From NCBI GenBank assembly GCA_965227345.1, contig OZ245755.1, positions 387,896 through 451,895 on the forward strand: DNA of 64,000 nucleotides, given 5' to 3'. Shown here one piece after another: positions 10,154 to 19,712 of this stretch. The first letter of the stretch is position 1, and each line of letters opens with the position of its first letter. The position numbers were made by a program, and so were the translations under genes. The notes under the pieces are model-generated. The model worked only from the letters and a program-made list of their open reading frames with translations, was not told the origin of the DNA and searched no databases. The stretch comes from Sphingomonadales bacterium (GTDB taxonomy: Bacteria > Pseudomonadota > Alphaproteobacteria > Sphingomonadales > G965227345).

Positions 10154-10981
10154 TTAACGGAACAGTGACAGCACTGTACCTGGTGCCTGATTGGCAATCG
10201 ACAAGGCCTGAAGACCCAGCTGCTGCTTCACCTGCAACGACTGCAACTGGGCACTTTCCTTGGCCAGATCCGCATCCACAAGATTACCAATACCTGTTTC
10301 GATGGCATCAGACAGCTTGCTGACGAAGTTCTGCTGAAGTTCGATACGCTTGGCACCCGAACCCAACCGCGACAGAGCCGCGTTGACGTTGGTGATTGAT
10401 GTTTCAAGAGAATCAACAGCGGCAGAAGCCAGAGCCGACGTCGTGATTGTCGTAGCTGCAGTGATTGTAATGTTCGTACCTGTCAAAGACAGATCCTGTG
10501 CAGCAACCGTAATCGTCTGTGAACCCGTATCGTTGGTGATACCCACAATAGCGTCACCGCCGTTTTTAACGACATTCAGGCCGTTGAATTCAGCATTCGA
10601 CACGATTGAGGTGATCTGGTCACGCAGCTGGATAAAGTCGTTGTTCAAAGCTGTCTTTGTCGCAGCATCCGCACCCGGATCCTTTGCGGCAACAGCCTTT
10701 TCCTTCAACTGAACCAGCAAGTCGGCAACTGCCTCACCTGCCGCCAGTGCCACATCAGCTGCACCGGTTGCACGGTCCAGACTCTGCTTCACGGCACCCA
10801 GACCGCCAAGATCGGCCCGCAGGTTCTGGGCAATAGCGAAAACAGCAGCATTGTCCTTGGCGCTTGAAACGGCAAGACCCGTGTTGATACGGTTCTGGAC
10901 CGTGTTCAACTGCTGGCTGGTGTTATTAAGGTTCTGAAGCGCAATCAGCGCACCGGAGTTGGTATTTACTGAAAAAGCCAT
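10154..10981 (-). CDS. Flagellin 3
   Basis: Conserved flagellin motifs; AAGGAG RBS; 275 aa. Confidence 0.97.
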   Translation of the reverse strand: MAFSVNTNSGALIALQNLNNTSQQLNTVQNRINTGLAVSSAKDNAAVFAIAQNLRADLGGLGAVKQSLDRATGAADVALAAGEAVADLLVQLKEKAVAAKDPGADAATKTALNNDFIQLRDQITSIVSNAEFNGLNVVKNGGDAIVGITNDTGSQTITVAAQDLSLTGTNITITAATTITTSALASAAVDSLETSITNVNAALSRLGSGAKRIELQQNFVSKLSDAIETGIGNLVDADLAKESAQLQSLQVKQQLGLQALSIANQAPGTVLSLFR

Positions 10982-11048
10982 GTTGTAGAGCTCCTTTCTG
11001 GTTGTTCAGAGCATTTTGCTCCTGGGCATTTTGCCCGACGACCAGATC

Positions 11049-11064
11049 AGCAACTCTTGTGCCA
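11049..11064 (-). promoter_or_regulatory. sigma54 promoter of flagellin 3
   Basis: Minus strand TGGCACAAGAGTTGCT. Confidence 0.92.
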
Positions 11065-11093
11065 TTTGCCCTTCCCTTGAAGCAAATGTCATC

Positions 11094-11106
11094 TAATCAT
11101 TTGATA
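11094..11106 (-). promoter_or_regulatory. IHF site
   Basis: Minus strand TATCAAATGATTA is an exact WATCAANNNNTTR match, between the ftr sites and the promoter. Confidence 0.75.
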
Positions 11107-11156
11107 CGTAATGAAATATAAGCGAATGACAACATGCCGAGTTGCGAAAAACGCAT

Positions 11157-11222
11157 AGGCAAATGTTGCCGCATCGGCAAAAATTGCCGACAGCACACAG
11201 TAAATTCCGGCAAAAATTGCCG
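11157..11222. promoter_or_regulatory. Three ftr-like (FlbD) enhancer elements
   Basis: AGGCAAATGTTGCCG (11157), CGGCAAAAATTGCCG (11175) and CGGCAAAAATTGCCG (11208). Confidence 0.85.
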
Positions 11223-11294
11223 ACTACCTCAAGTGAAGCCTGTCATGAAACGCTATGTGAAACGTCTGTAAAGCTGTTCTTCTATCTCAACTGT

Positions 11295-11669
11295 TCAGTT
11301 CTCATTTGCCTCTGCGATTTGCGGCTGCATAGCCAGCCCTTCCATAATTGCCCGGTTCACATCTATCAGTGCATCCATTGGCGCCTTGTTGCGCGCAACT
11401 TCCGAACTGTATTTGCTAACCCAGATCGATATCGAAATAATCTGTGCCCGTAACGTATCGGGCAACTGATTGCCTTTCGCGCCACAATCACTGGAAAATG
11501 TCGACCACATTTGCCGATTCCAGTCGAGCGCATCAAAAAATGCATGATCCCGTTTGCCGCTCTCACCGGCAGCCATCAAGGAACGTGTAACCTGGGCAAA
11601 CAGTCTGTATTCTGTTTCCCGCGGGGATTCGCTTGCCACCTGGGCCTGACGATAAGCATCAAGAGACAT
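11295..11669 (-). CDS. flaF: Flagellin synthesis/secretion regulator FlaF
   Basis: MSLDAY...SPRETEYRLF...ALDWNRQMWSTF...NQLPDTLRAQIISISIWV...LIDVNRAIMEGL. Confidence 0.95.
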   Translation of the reverse strand: MSLDAYRQAQVASESPRETEYRLFAQVTRSLMAAGESGKRDHAFFDALDWNRQMWSTFSSDCGAKGNQLPDTLRAQIISISIWVSKYSSEVARNKAPMDALIDVNRAIMEGLAMQPQIAEANEN

Positions 11670-12054
11670 TCATCAACCTCTCTTCTTCAAACGCAAACAG
11701 TTTCCTGCACGCCATCAAAGCCTGATAATAATTCTGCTTCATAACGGCAGCACTGACTTCAACACATCTGACTTTTGCTTCCGGATCACTGACCACGCCC
11801 ATCAGTTCCGTCATGCGAACAACAAACTCCTGATAATATTTATCGCTTCCTTCAGGATCCATATACATCAGCATGATCGGGAAATAGACTCGCTTGACCG
11901 GTGTTGTCACCTGATCCTCGGGTAAAATATCTTTTTCGCGCAAGATCGACACCTTGTTCTGAATAATCAGGCTGGTGCGCCGATCTCCATTCGCGATCAC
12001 CGCCCCATTCACAACGAATTTTTCGCCCGGTTTGAGTGACAGTTTTAAAGCCAT
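11659..12054 (-). CDS. flbT: Flagellin mRNA-binding repressor FlbT
   Basis: MALKLSLKPGEKFVVNGAVIANGDRR...ILREKDI...TPVKRVYFPIMLMY...YYQALMACRKL. Confidence 0.95.
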   Translation of the reverse strand: MALKLSLKPGEKFVVNGAVIANGDRRTSLIIQNKVSILREKDILPEDQVTTPVKRVYFPIMLMYMDPEGSDKYYQEFVVRMTELMGVVSDPEAKVRCVEVSAAVMKQNYYQALMACRKLFAFEEERLMNVS

Positions 12055-12268
12055 TTAGCCCTCCAGGGGTCTTGCCAGTGTTCAGGGCAGTAACAAATTT
12101 ACCCCATATTCAATCTGCATTCTGTCTGGACATCGTTAACAAGCTCTAAAAATTCGGCAAACTTTTATGATTATGTCGAATTATTTTTAATCAAATTCTC
12201 CAAAAGCCCCGGAAAGCAAGCGCCAGCAAGATGATATAAAAAGTTTGTCGATGCATTTCAGGCAGTTA

Positions 12269-12287
12269 TTAGCGATTTCTTAACCAT
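12269..12287 (+). promoter_or_regulatory. CtrA-like box upstream of the flmG operon
   Basis: TTAG-CGATTTC-TTAACCAT vs TTAA-N7-TTAAC. Confidence 0.6.
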
Positions 12288-12345
12288 GGAGGTGCTTTTA
12301 TCAGGCAGATCAAACCACTTATTCTTTGGGAACATCTATCCTGCC

Positions 12346-14070
12346 ATGGCCAGAACAGCATTAAATAAAAAGGCACCCGCGCCTTCCATTACTGGGAAGA
12401 GACGTACAGGAAGCCAAAGCAAAATCACGCCGGAAGCTCGCCGTCTTGTCTACAAAGGTCGCAAGTTTTACGACAGGAACGACATGCCCAACGCTGCGAA
12501 ATATTTCGTTGCTGCATGGAATCTGGTTCCCGAGAACGTCGAACTGCTGATTACTGTCAGCCATGTTCTGGCGAGGCTTGGTGTCCGGCACAAGGCAATT
12601 GAAGTTCTTGAGCATGCACTGGCGATCAACGGTGCCCAACCCGAAATTCTTGCCGTGCTGGGCGATATGGCGCTTGAAATGCACATGTTTGATATCGCCG
12701 AGAAGATTTTCAGCCATTATATAGAACAGTGCCCGCGCGAACCCGTCGGATATAACAATCTGGCAAGTGCGTTGGGAAAACAGGAACGCCACAACGAAGC
12801 TATCGCCCTGTTACAGGACATTCTGCCGGTCTTTCCCGAATCTGCCATGATGTGGAATACCCTTGGCAGTCTGGTTTCCAGCCGCGACGGTTACGAGACC
12901 TCCATGCCCTTTTATCAGGAGTCATACAAATTAAACTCCCGCAACTTTAGCCTGTTGAACAATCTGTCTCTGGCACATGCCAATATGGGCGAATATGAAA
13001 AGTCTGTAAAATATGCCGAGGAAGCAATAGCCGTAGAGCCGGATGGTTATTACGCACATATGGGCCTGGGCACATCGCTGCTGGCCCTGGGCCAATTGAA
13101 GCGCGGCTGGGAAGAATATGAATGGCGCCAGCACAGCAGACGTCACGGCTCCGTGCTTTACACGCACGGATTGCCAAAATGGGATGGCAGCGACATTTCA
13201 AACAAGCGCCTGCTTATCGGGCCGGAACAGGGACTGGGCGATGAAATTCTGTTCGCCTTGAATATTCCTGTCATGCAGGAGCGCGCAAAACAGCTTTATA
13301 TCGGGTGTGACCCGCGTCTGGTGTCGCTTTACAAACGCAGCTTCCCGGACGCATGCATCAGCCCCTATGTGGACAAGTTCCAGGATAATTACCGTTATCG
13401 CACGCTGCCGCATATTCAGGGACCTGCCAGAGACGACTTCACACCCGCTGATGTGGCAATAGAAATTGGCAGCCTGCCCAAATACCTGTGGCAGGACGCA
13501 GAAAATATCCCGCATTATGATGACGGGCATCTAAAACCTGACCCCAAGCGTGTCACTTTCTGGCAGAAAAAGCTGGCGGCCCTGGGTCCCAATCTCAAAG
13601 TCGGCATTTCGTGGCGCTCAGGTGTTCGGAATGCCGATCGTAACAAGCTCTACACCACGATTGAGCAATGGGCACCGCTGTTTAAATTGCCCGGTGTGGA
13701 TTTTGTCAACCTTCAGTATGACGAATGCAGTGAAGAACGTGCCATTGCGAAAGACAGGTTCGGAGTCACCATCCATGACTGGGATGACCTGGATTTGCGC
13801 AACAATATTGACGACACCGCAGCCCTGACCAAATGCCTTGATCTGGTGATCGGGCCAACATCAACACCGGGTACGATTGCCCTTGCTGTTGGTGTCGAGG
13901 TCTGGTGGCTGATCCGGTACAAACCCTGGTGGTCGCTGGGCACAGACGGGGCACCGTTTCATCCAAAAGCATCCTTCATGCAAGCGGATTTAAGTAAAAA
14001 GTGGGAAAGCCTGATGCCGTCAGTTGCTGACCGTCTGGCTGAACGGGCAAATAAAAAGGGAAAAAAATGA
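12346..14070 (+). CDS. flmG: FlmG/FlbA-type flagellin O-glycosyltransferase (TPR + GT-B)
   Basis: N-terminal TPRs, GWEEYEWR, EQGLGDEILFA, VGISWRSG, FVNLQY, LDLVI; divergent from flbT-flaF. Alternative ATG at 12286. Confidence 0.82.
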   Translation: MARTALNKKAPAPSITGKRRTGSQSKITPEARRLVYKGRKFYDRNDMPNAAKYFVAAWNLVPENVELLITVSHVLARLGVRHKAIEVLEHALAINGAQPEILAVLGDMALEMHMFDIAEKIFSHYIEQCPREPVGYNNLASALGKQERHNEAIALLQDILPVFPESAMMWNTLGSLVSSRDGYETSMPFYQESYKLNSRNFSLLNNLSLAHANMGEYEKSVKYAEEAIAVEPDGYYAHMGLGTSLLALGQLKRGWEEYEWRQHSRRHGSVLYTHGLPKWDGSDISNKRLLIGPEQGLGDEILFALNIPVMQERAKQLYIGCDPRLVSLYKRSFPDACISPYVDKFQDNYRYRTLPHIQGPARDDFTPADVAIEIGSLPKYLWQDAENIPHYDDGHLKPDPKRVTFWQKKLAALGPNLKVGISWRSGVRNADRNKLYTTIEQWAPLFKLPGVDFVNLQYDECSEERAIAKDRFGVTIHDWDDLDLRNNIDDTAALTKCLDLVIGPTSTPGTIALAVGVEVWWLIRYKPWWSLGTDGAPFHPKASFMQADLSKKWESLMPSVADRLAERANKKGKK

Positions 14071-14870
14071 CACGGATTGTTGGTGTAATTCAGGCAAGGC
14101 TCGGCTCCACACGATTGCCTAAAAAGGTTCTGGCACCGGTTGGCACGAAACCGATGCTTTGGCATCTGGTGCGGCGCCTGCGCGCCTCGGAACAACTGAA
14201 TGAAGTGATCGTTGCCACGGCTGATACGCCGGAGAACAGGCCGATTGTCGATATTTGCGAAGCTGAGGGCATCCCCTGTTATGCAGGCAGCGAGGCAGAC
14301 CTTGTGGACCGGTTTTATCAGTCAGGTCTTGCCTATGGTGCCGATGCACTTGTGCGCATTACCGGCGACTGTCCACTGGTTGACCCCGACGTTGTCGACA
14401 GGATGGTATCGCACTATCTGGCCCAGCCCGAAGAGATCGACTTTTTGGCGAATAATCGCCCGCCATCCTATCCACATGGTCTGGATGTCGAGCTTTTTTC
14501 AATGGCCGCACTCAAGCGCCAGCATGATGAAATATCCGACCCGTTCAAACGCGAATGGTTCACGCTGAATTTCACCGACAGCAGTATGAACTTTAAAGTG
14601 CAGAATCTGGCCTATGATCAGGACCTGTCCTCGCTTCGCTGGACCGTCGATTATCCTGAGGATCTTGAGTTTGTACGCCAGATTTATGCAGGTATTGATC
14701 GGCCGGACCGGGTATTTCGGATGATTGACACCTTGAACCTTCTCGCCCGTCGTCCCGACCTTGAAGGTCTGAACGCCCATCACATACAGGTCCATCACGA
14801 TGGAGACCGTGGCATTCAGCAAGCCCGGGCCGCCTGGGAGTCGGAACAGAGGTTGAGAGCCGCATCATGA
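14067..14870 (+). CDS. SpsF/FlmC-type cytidylyltransferase, copy 2
   Basis: IQARLGSTRLPKKVL, GSEADLVDRF, RITGDCPLVDP, RWTVDYPEDL. Confidence 0.9.
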   Translation: MTRIVGVIQARLGSTRLPKKVLAPVGTKPMLWHLVRRLRASEQLNEVIVATADTPENRPIVDICEAEGIPCYAGSEADLVDRFYQSGLAYGADALVRITGDCPLVDPDVVDRMVSHYLAQPEEIDFLANNRPPSYPHGLDVELFSMAALKRQHDEISDPFKREWFTLNFTDSSMNFKVQNLAYDQDLSSLRWTVDYPEDLEFVRQIYAGIDRPDRVFRMIDTLNLLARRPDLEGLNAHHIQVHHDGDRGIQQARAAWESEQRLRAAS

Positions 14871-15424
14871 CCATTCGTTTTCTGAAAGGAAAGCACGTCT
14901 ATCTGCAGCCTCTTGACCGCGACGCCTATTGCCATGCGATGATGCAATGGGTGAACGACGATGATGCAACGCATTTCATGTTGCTTGGCGCCCTGCCCGC
15001 TACACAGCAGACTATTGAAAAATCCTATGATTCCATTCAGGCCGCCACCGACGAAACCGTCATGGCGGTCATTGCACGCGAGAATGACACCTATATTGGA
15101 AATGTCGGCCTGTACCGCATTGATCGTATCGCGCTGAGCGCCGAGTATCGGATTTTTCTGGGCCACAATGCCTTCCGTGGCAAGGGGCTGGGAACGGAAG
15201 CAGCCAATCTGATGATCAGCTACGCCTTTGATCGCCTGAACTTCAACAAGGTCTGGCTTGGCGTCAACGAGATTAATGTCGCGGCCTTAAAAAGCTATGA
15301 AAAATCCGGATTTGTACGCGAAGGCATTTTACGGGATGAAATTTATCGCAACGGGCGTTATTACGATGCTATCCGCATGAGCATCCTGCGCAGGGAGTAT
15401 CTGGCAAATGTCGACCGAAGCTAG
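14867..15424 (+). CDS. GNAT N-acetyltransferase (PseH/RimJ-like), copy 2
   Basis: FRGKGLGTEA acetyl-CoA motif, YAFDRLNFNKVWL, YEKSGFVREG. Confidence 0.88.
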   Translation: MTIRFLKGKHVYLQPLDRDAYCHAMMQWVNDDDATHFMLLGALPATQQTIEKSYDSIQAATDETVMAVIARENDTYIGNVGLYRIDRIALSAEYRIFLGHNAFRGKGLGTEAANLMISYAFDRLNFNKVWLGVNEINVAALKSYEKSGFVREGILRDEIYRNGRYYDAIRMSILRREYLANVDRS

Positions 15425-16451
15425 TCCCTGCAAGGCAGCCGTTATCGGTTGTGGCTTTATTGGCAGCCGGTTTAACGAAACGGTGCGAAGCGGCAATATC
15501 TTCAGCCATGCTGCCGCATACAAGGAATGCCCCGACACGATGCTTGTTGCCTTGTGCGACAGCAACCCCGACCGCCTGAGCGAAGCGACAGCCCACTGGC
15601 GCATTGACGCGGGCTACACCGAAGTTGCCAGGATGCTGCACGAGGTCAGGCCGGAAATCCTGAGTATTTGTTCCCCTGATGAAGATCATGCGGCACATCT
15701 TGAGCTTGCCTTGAATTGTCCGTCTGTGAAGGCTGTCCTGTGCGAAAAGCCGATTGCGCTGGACACCCGGCCCGCCATTGATCTGGTGCGCAGGGCGCAG
15801 GACGCCAACATCCTGCTCGGTGTAAATTACAGCCGCCGCTATGATGCTGGTCATGCCCGCGTGAAAGCCATTCTTGACCGTGGTGAACTGGGTATCATTC
15901 AGCAGGTAACCGGCTATTATACAAAAGGCATAGTGCATAACGGCGGCCATATGGTCGATATGTTACGCTGGTTCTTTGGCGAAGTTGGTCGTGCTGATCA
16001 TCGTCGGCTCTCAGGTGACACGCTGGCCGGCATCACAGTCGATGCAGACCTCATTCTCGGCGACGGCATTCACGCCACCCTGCGCGGTTGTGACGCCCAT
16101 TCCTTCAATTTTTTCGAACTGGATATTATTGGTACCCAGGGCCGTATCCGGCTGGAACGCAACGGTAATCTGATCACGCGATGGCATGTTGTGCCCGATG
16201 CCCATTATCCCGGGTATCAGGAATTGGGAGACCCCGAAATTCTGTCCCAAAAAATGGCAAATACAACCCTGCATGCAGTCGAAGACATGGTGGCCTGTTT
16301 GCATGGCGAACGAAAAGCGCCGCGTTGCAGCGGGCATGACGCCGTTCGCGCCCTTGAAATCACCTATGCGCTGGCGCGCCCTCATCAGGCCCCGCTTCAG
16401 GACCTGACATCAGCCGCCCCCGCCTCGTCGGAGTTAAAATCGAATGTCTGA
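15408..16451 (+). CDS. Gfo/Idh/MocA-family NAD(P)-dependent oxidoreductase
   Basis: AVIGCGFIG, VLCEKPIA, VNYSRRY, HNGGHMVD. Confidence 0.9.
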   Translation: MSTEASPCKAAVIGCGFIGSRFNETVRSGNIFSHAAAYKECPDTMLVALCDSNPDRLSEATAHWRIDAGYTEVARMLHEVRPEILSICSPDEDHAAHLELALNCPSVKAVLCEKPIALDTRPAIDLVRRAQDANILLGVNYSRRYDAGHARVKAILDRGELGIIQQVTGYYTKGIVHNGGHMVDMLRWFFGEVGRADHRRLSGDTLAGITVDADLILGDGIHATLRGCDAHSFNFFELDIIGTQGRIRLERNGNLITRWHVVPDAHYPGYQELGDPEILSQKMANTTLHAVEDMVACLHGERKAPRCSGHDAVRALEITYALARPHQAPLQDLTSAAPASSELKSNV

Positions 16452-17733
16452 GTTGGCGATTTTAGGCGGTGAACCCGTCCGAACCAGTCCGTTTCCCGTT
16501 TATCAACCTATGGGAGATGAAGAAAAGAAACGTGTGATGCAAGTGATGGATGAGGGGGTACTTTCCGACTTTATTGCCGGTCCAGGACCTCATTTTCTGG
16601 GTGGCAAACAGGTGCGCGAGTTTGAAAGCAACTGGCAGGACTATTTCAGGGTGACGCATGCCGTTTCGATGAATTCGGCGTCTTCAGCCCTGTATGCGGC
16701 CCTTGGCGCTGCCGGCGTGGAGCCCGGTGATCAGGTTATTGTCACGCCTTACACCATGACCGCTTCTGCTACGGCGGCCCTAGTATGGGGTGCCATCCCG
16801 GTGTTTGCAGATATTGATCCGGATACCTTCTGCATTGACCCTGCAGCCGTTCGCGCACTGATCACCCCCAAAACCCGTGCCATTATTGCCGTTGATATAT
16901 TCGGCCATCCGGCGGCTTTTGAAGAACTCATGAAAATTGCGGGCGAACATAACCTTGTGGTGATTGAAGACGCGGCACAAGCGCCCGGCGCCCTGCTGAA
17001 CGGGCGCATGGCGGGCACGCTGGGCCATATTGGCGTCTACAGCCTGAATTATCATAAACATATTCACTGCGGTGAAGGTGGTGTTGCGGTCACAAATGAT
17101 GATCGCCTCGCCCGGCGCATGCAATTAATCAGGAACCACGCCGAAGTCATTGTAACAGATGATGAACCGGTGGGTCTGGATAATATGATTGGGCAGAACT
17201 ACCGCATGACAGAATTGCAGGCCGCCATCGGTATTGAACAGTTGAAAAAGCTGCCCTCCCTGTTGGCAACAAGACAAAAGCAGGCCATCGCCGTTACCCA
17301 AATGCTGGACGGAAATTCGCTGCTTCAGGCTCCAAAAGTAGCCCCCAACGCGACCCATGCCTATTATCTTTATCCCATGAAATTCTGCGGCGAAGCCGAA
17401 ACCGGCATATCCAGAATGACATTGGCAACAGCATTAAATGCGGAAGGCATACCGGTGCGCGCCAACTATGTCCGCCCGATTTATATGCACCCCATGTACA
17501 AAAAGAGAATCGCCTTTGGGCATCAGGGCTGGCCATTCAGTCTTGCCCCCGATGTCAAATATGTACAAGGGCTTTGCCCTGTCGTCGAACGCATCGAAAA
17601 TCATGAACTGGTGCTACTCATGGGCCTGCAGGGACAATTGTCCAGGCAAGACCTGCACGATATCGGCAATGCATTCGACAAAATTGCCAGCAATGCTCCA
17701 AAGCTTCGGGGCCTGAAGCAAAGGGCTGCCTGA
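16444..17733 (+). CDS. DegT/DnrJ/EryC1/StrS PLP-dependent sugar aminotransferase
   Basis: VIEDAAQAPGA, SLNYHKHIHCGEGG (PLP lysine), GQNYRMTELQAAIG. Confidence 0.93.
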   Translation: MSELAILGGEPVRTSPFPVYQPMGDEEKKRVMQVMDEGVLSDFIAGPGPHFLGGKQVREFESNWQDYFRVTHAVSMNSASSALYAALGAAGVEPGDQVIVTPYTMTASATAALVWGAIPVFADIDPDTFCIDPAAVRALITPKTRAIIAVDIFGHPAAFEELMKIAGEHNLVVIEDAAQAPGALLNGRMAGTLGHIGVYSLNYHKHIHCGEGGVAVTNDDRLARRMQLIRNHAEVIVTDDEPVGLDNMIGQNYRMTELQAAIGIEQLKKLPSLLATRQKQAIAVTQMLDGNSLLQAPKVAPNATHAYYLYPMKFCGEAETGISRMTLATALNAEGIPVRANYVRPIYMHPMYKKRIAFGHQGWPFSLAPDVKYVQGLCPVVERIENHELVLLMGLQGQLSRQDLHDIGNAFDKIASNAPKLRGLKQRAA

Positions 17734-18773
17734 TGTCAAAGATACTCTTCGTCAGTCATGATCCCGGCGGGATCAGCTCATTGGGGCCCGTGATCCCTGC
17801 AGTGCAAGCCTTTGCCGAAACCGAGTTGTGGCTTCATCCCTTTAGCGCAACGGTATATAAAGGGTCATGTCGGGCAATTACCTCCTTTGCCGACGAAGAT
17901 GTGCTTGCGGCCCTGCGTGTTTCCAATCCTGATCTTATTGTCACAGGCACGAGCATGGAGCCTGACAGTATCGACAAAAAAGTTATAGCCGCCGCCTGGA
18001 AGCTGGGCATTCCCTCAATCACCTTTGTTGATTTCTGGGCCAATTATGCCGAGCGCTTTACCCATATGGATGGCAGTCAGATTTTGCCTGACATGGTGGT
18101 CACCATTGACGACACGGCCCGCCTTGAGATGATTGAAGCTGGCGTACCAGACAGCCTGATTGAAATTGTGGGCTTTACCCGCCTGCCCCCAAAGCCTGCG
18201 CCCGCCGCAACCGACGGCACGCACTTCACACTATTGTTTATTTCACAGGCCCTCAGCCAGATTTACGGCGGCGAAGACGCCTCGCGGAAACGCATTGGCT
18301 ATACCCAGAAAGATGCCTTTGACCTGCTGGCCAGAGAAATTGAGACGTTTGGGGCCTCTATCGGCAAAAAGGTCGAACTTTGGCTGCGGCATCATCCCAA
18401 GGAAGATTGCTGGATACCGGACATTCCCCACACTGTTGTAAACAGTCTGCCCCTTGAAGCCTGTCTGGCCCAGGCCAATCTGGTTACAGGCATGACCGGG
18501 TCAATGCTGATTGATGCCCTGTTCATGGGGCGGCCAGTTGTCAGTTTCCAGCCAAATATGATCGGGCATGATCGTCTGATGCCCAGCCGTCAGGGTCATG
18601 TTATCCGCGTCAATAGCCCTGACGAAACATTGCCGGCGCTGATAAAAGCCGCAGGCCAGTCCCCGTCTTTGCCTGAAACCCTGGGGAAAGCAGCTGATGG
18701 CAAGGGGGTTGAAAGGTTCTGCAAGCACATCAAATCCATGCTCAAACAAACGTTTCATCAGAAAACTGCATGA
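17733..18773 (+). CDS. GT-B fold protein (candidate PseG-like UDP-sugar hydrolase or glycosyltransferase)
   Basis: ILFVSHDPGG, FVDFWANYAERF, LRHHPKE, LVTGMTGSMLIDALFMGRPVVS; last gene of the glycosylation operon. Confidence 0.6.
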   Translation: MSKILFVSHDPGGISSLGPVIPAVQAFAETELWLHPFSATVYKGSCRAITSFADEDVLAALRVSNPDLIVTGTSMEPDSIDKKVIAAAWKLGIPSITFVDFWANYAERFTHMDGSQILPDMVVTIDDTARLEMIEAGVPDSLIEIVGFTRLPPKPAPAATDGTHFTLLFISQALSQIYGGEDASRKRIGYTQKDAFDLLAREIETFGASIGKKVELWLRHHPKEDCWIPDIPHTVVNSLPLEACLAQANLVTGMTGSMLIDALFMGRPVVSFQPNMIGHDRLMPSRQGHVIRVNSPDETLPALIKAAGQSPSLPETLGKAADGKGVERFCKHIKSMLKQTFHQKTA

Positions 18774-18848
18774 TAACCCTTGATGCCCGACCACAGGGCG
18801 CTTAAGTTTCGGACAATTATTTTTGTCGGAAAGTTGAGTTCAGGTTAC

Positions 18849-19694
18849 ATGAAATTTCAAGGTACAGATAAATACGTCGCGACCGAAGACCTTATGGTCG
18901 CGGTCAACGCGGCGCTCACGCTCCAGCGTCCACTTCTCATCAAGGGTGAACCCGGCACAGGCAAAACCGTGCTGGCCGAAGAAGTCGCCCGGGCCCTTAA
19001 CAAGCCGCTGATTGAATGGCATATCAAATCTACAACCAAGGCCCATCAGGGTCTGTACGAATATGATGCCGTCTCGCGGTTGCGTGATTCCCAACTGGGT
19101 GACGAAAAGGTCAAGGACATTCGGAATTATATCCGGCGCGGCAAATTGTGGGAAGCTTTCAGCGCCGACAGCTCGCCTATCCTGCTTATTGACGAGATCG
19201 ACAAGGCGGATATCGAATTTCCAAACGATCTGTTGCAGGAACTCGACCGGATGGAGTTCTTTGTGTATGAAACCGGTGAAATGATCAAGGCCGAGCACCG
19301 GCCCCTGGTGATCATTACATCAAATAATGAAAAGGAATTGCCCGACGCCTTCCTGCGGCGATGTTTTTTTCATTATATCAAGTTCCCTGACCACGATACA
19401 ATGAATCAGATTATTGACGTCCATTACCCGGATATCCAAAAATCTCTGGTGCGTGAAGCCCTCACGCTTTTTTATGACATCAGGGATGTCCCCGGACTGA
19501 AGAAAAAGCCGTCAACATCGGAATTGCTGGACTGGCTGAAGCTCCTTATGGTGGAAGAACTCCCGCTGGAGGTGCTTAAATCCCGCGATCCGAAAAAGCT
19601 TATACCACCGTTGCACGGTGCACTGTTGAAGAACGAGCAGGATGTTCACCTGTTTGAGCGGCTCGCCTTCATGTCCCGGCGCGAAGGTCGCTAG
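18849..19694 (+). CDS. MoxR-family AAA+ ATPase (CoxD-like)
   Basis: Walker A GEPGTGKT, Walker B LLIDEIDKAD, ITSNNEKELPDAFLRRC. Confidence 0.93.
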   Translation: MKFQGTDKYVATEDLMVAVNAALTLQRPLLIKGEPGTGKTVLAEEVARALNKPLIEWHIKSTTKAHQGLYEYDAVSRLRDSQLGDEKVKDIRNYIRRGKLWEAFSADSSPILLIDEIDKADIEFPNDLLQELDRMEFFVYETGEMIKAEHRPLVIITSNNEKELPDAFLRRCFFHYIKFPDHDTMNQIIDVHYPDIQKSLVREALTLFYDIRDVPGLKKKPSTSELLDWLKLLMVEELPLEVLKSRDPKKLIPPLHGALLKNEQDVHLFERLAFMSRREGR

Positions 19695-19712
19695 GATCAG
19701 GGCCAGAATTAT

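Larger units (their letters stand above)
8971..10981 (-). repeat. Tandem near-identical flagellin genes (1183-bp offset)
   Basis: 8971-9798 and 10154-10981 have equal length and share long identical nucleotide runs. Confidence 0.9.
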
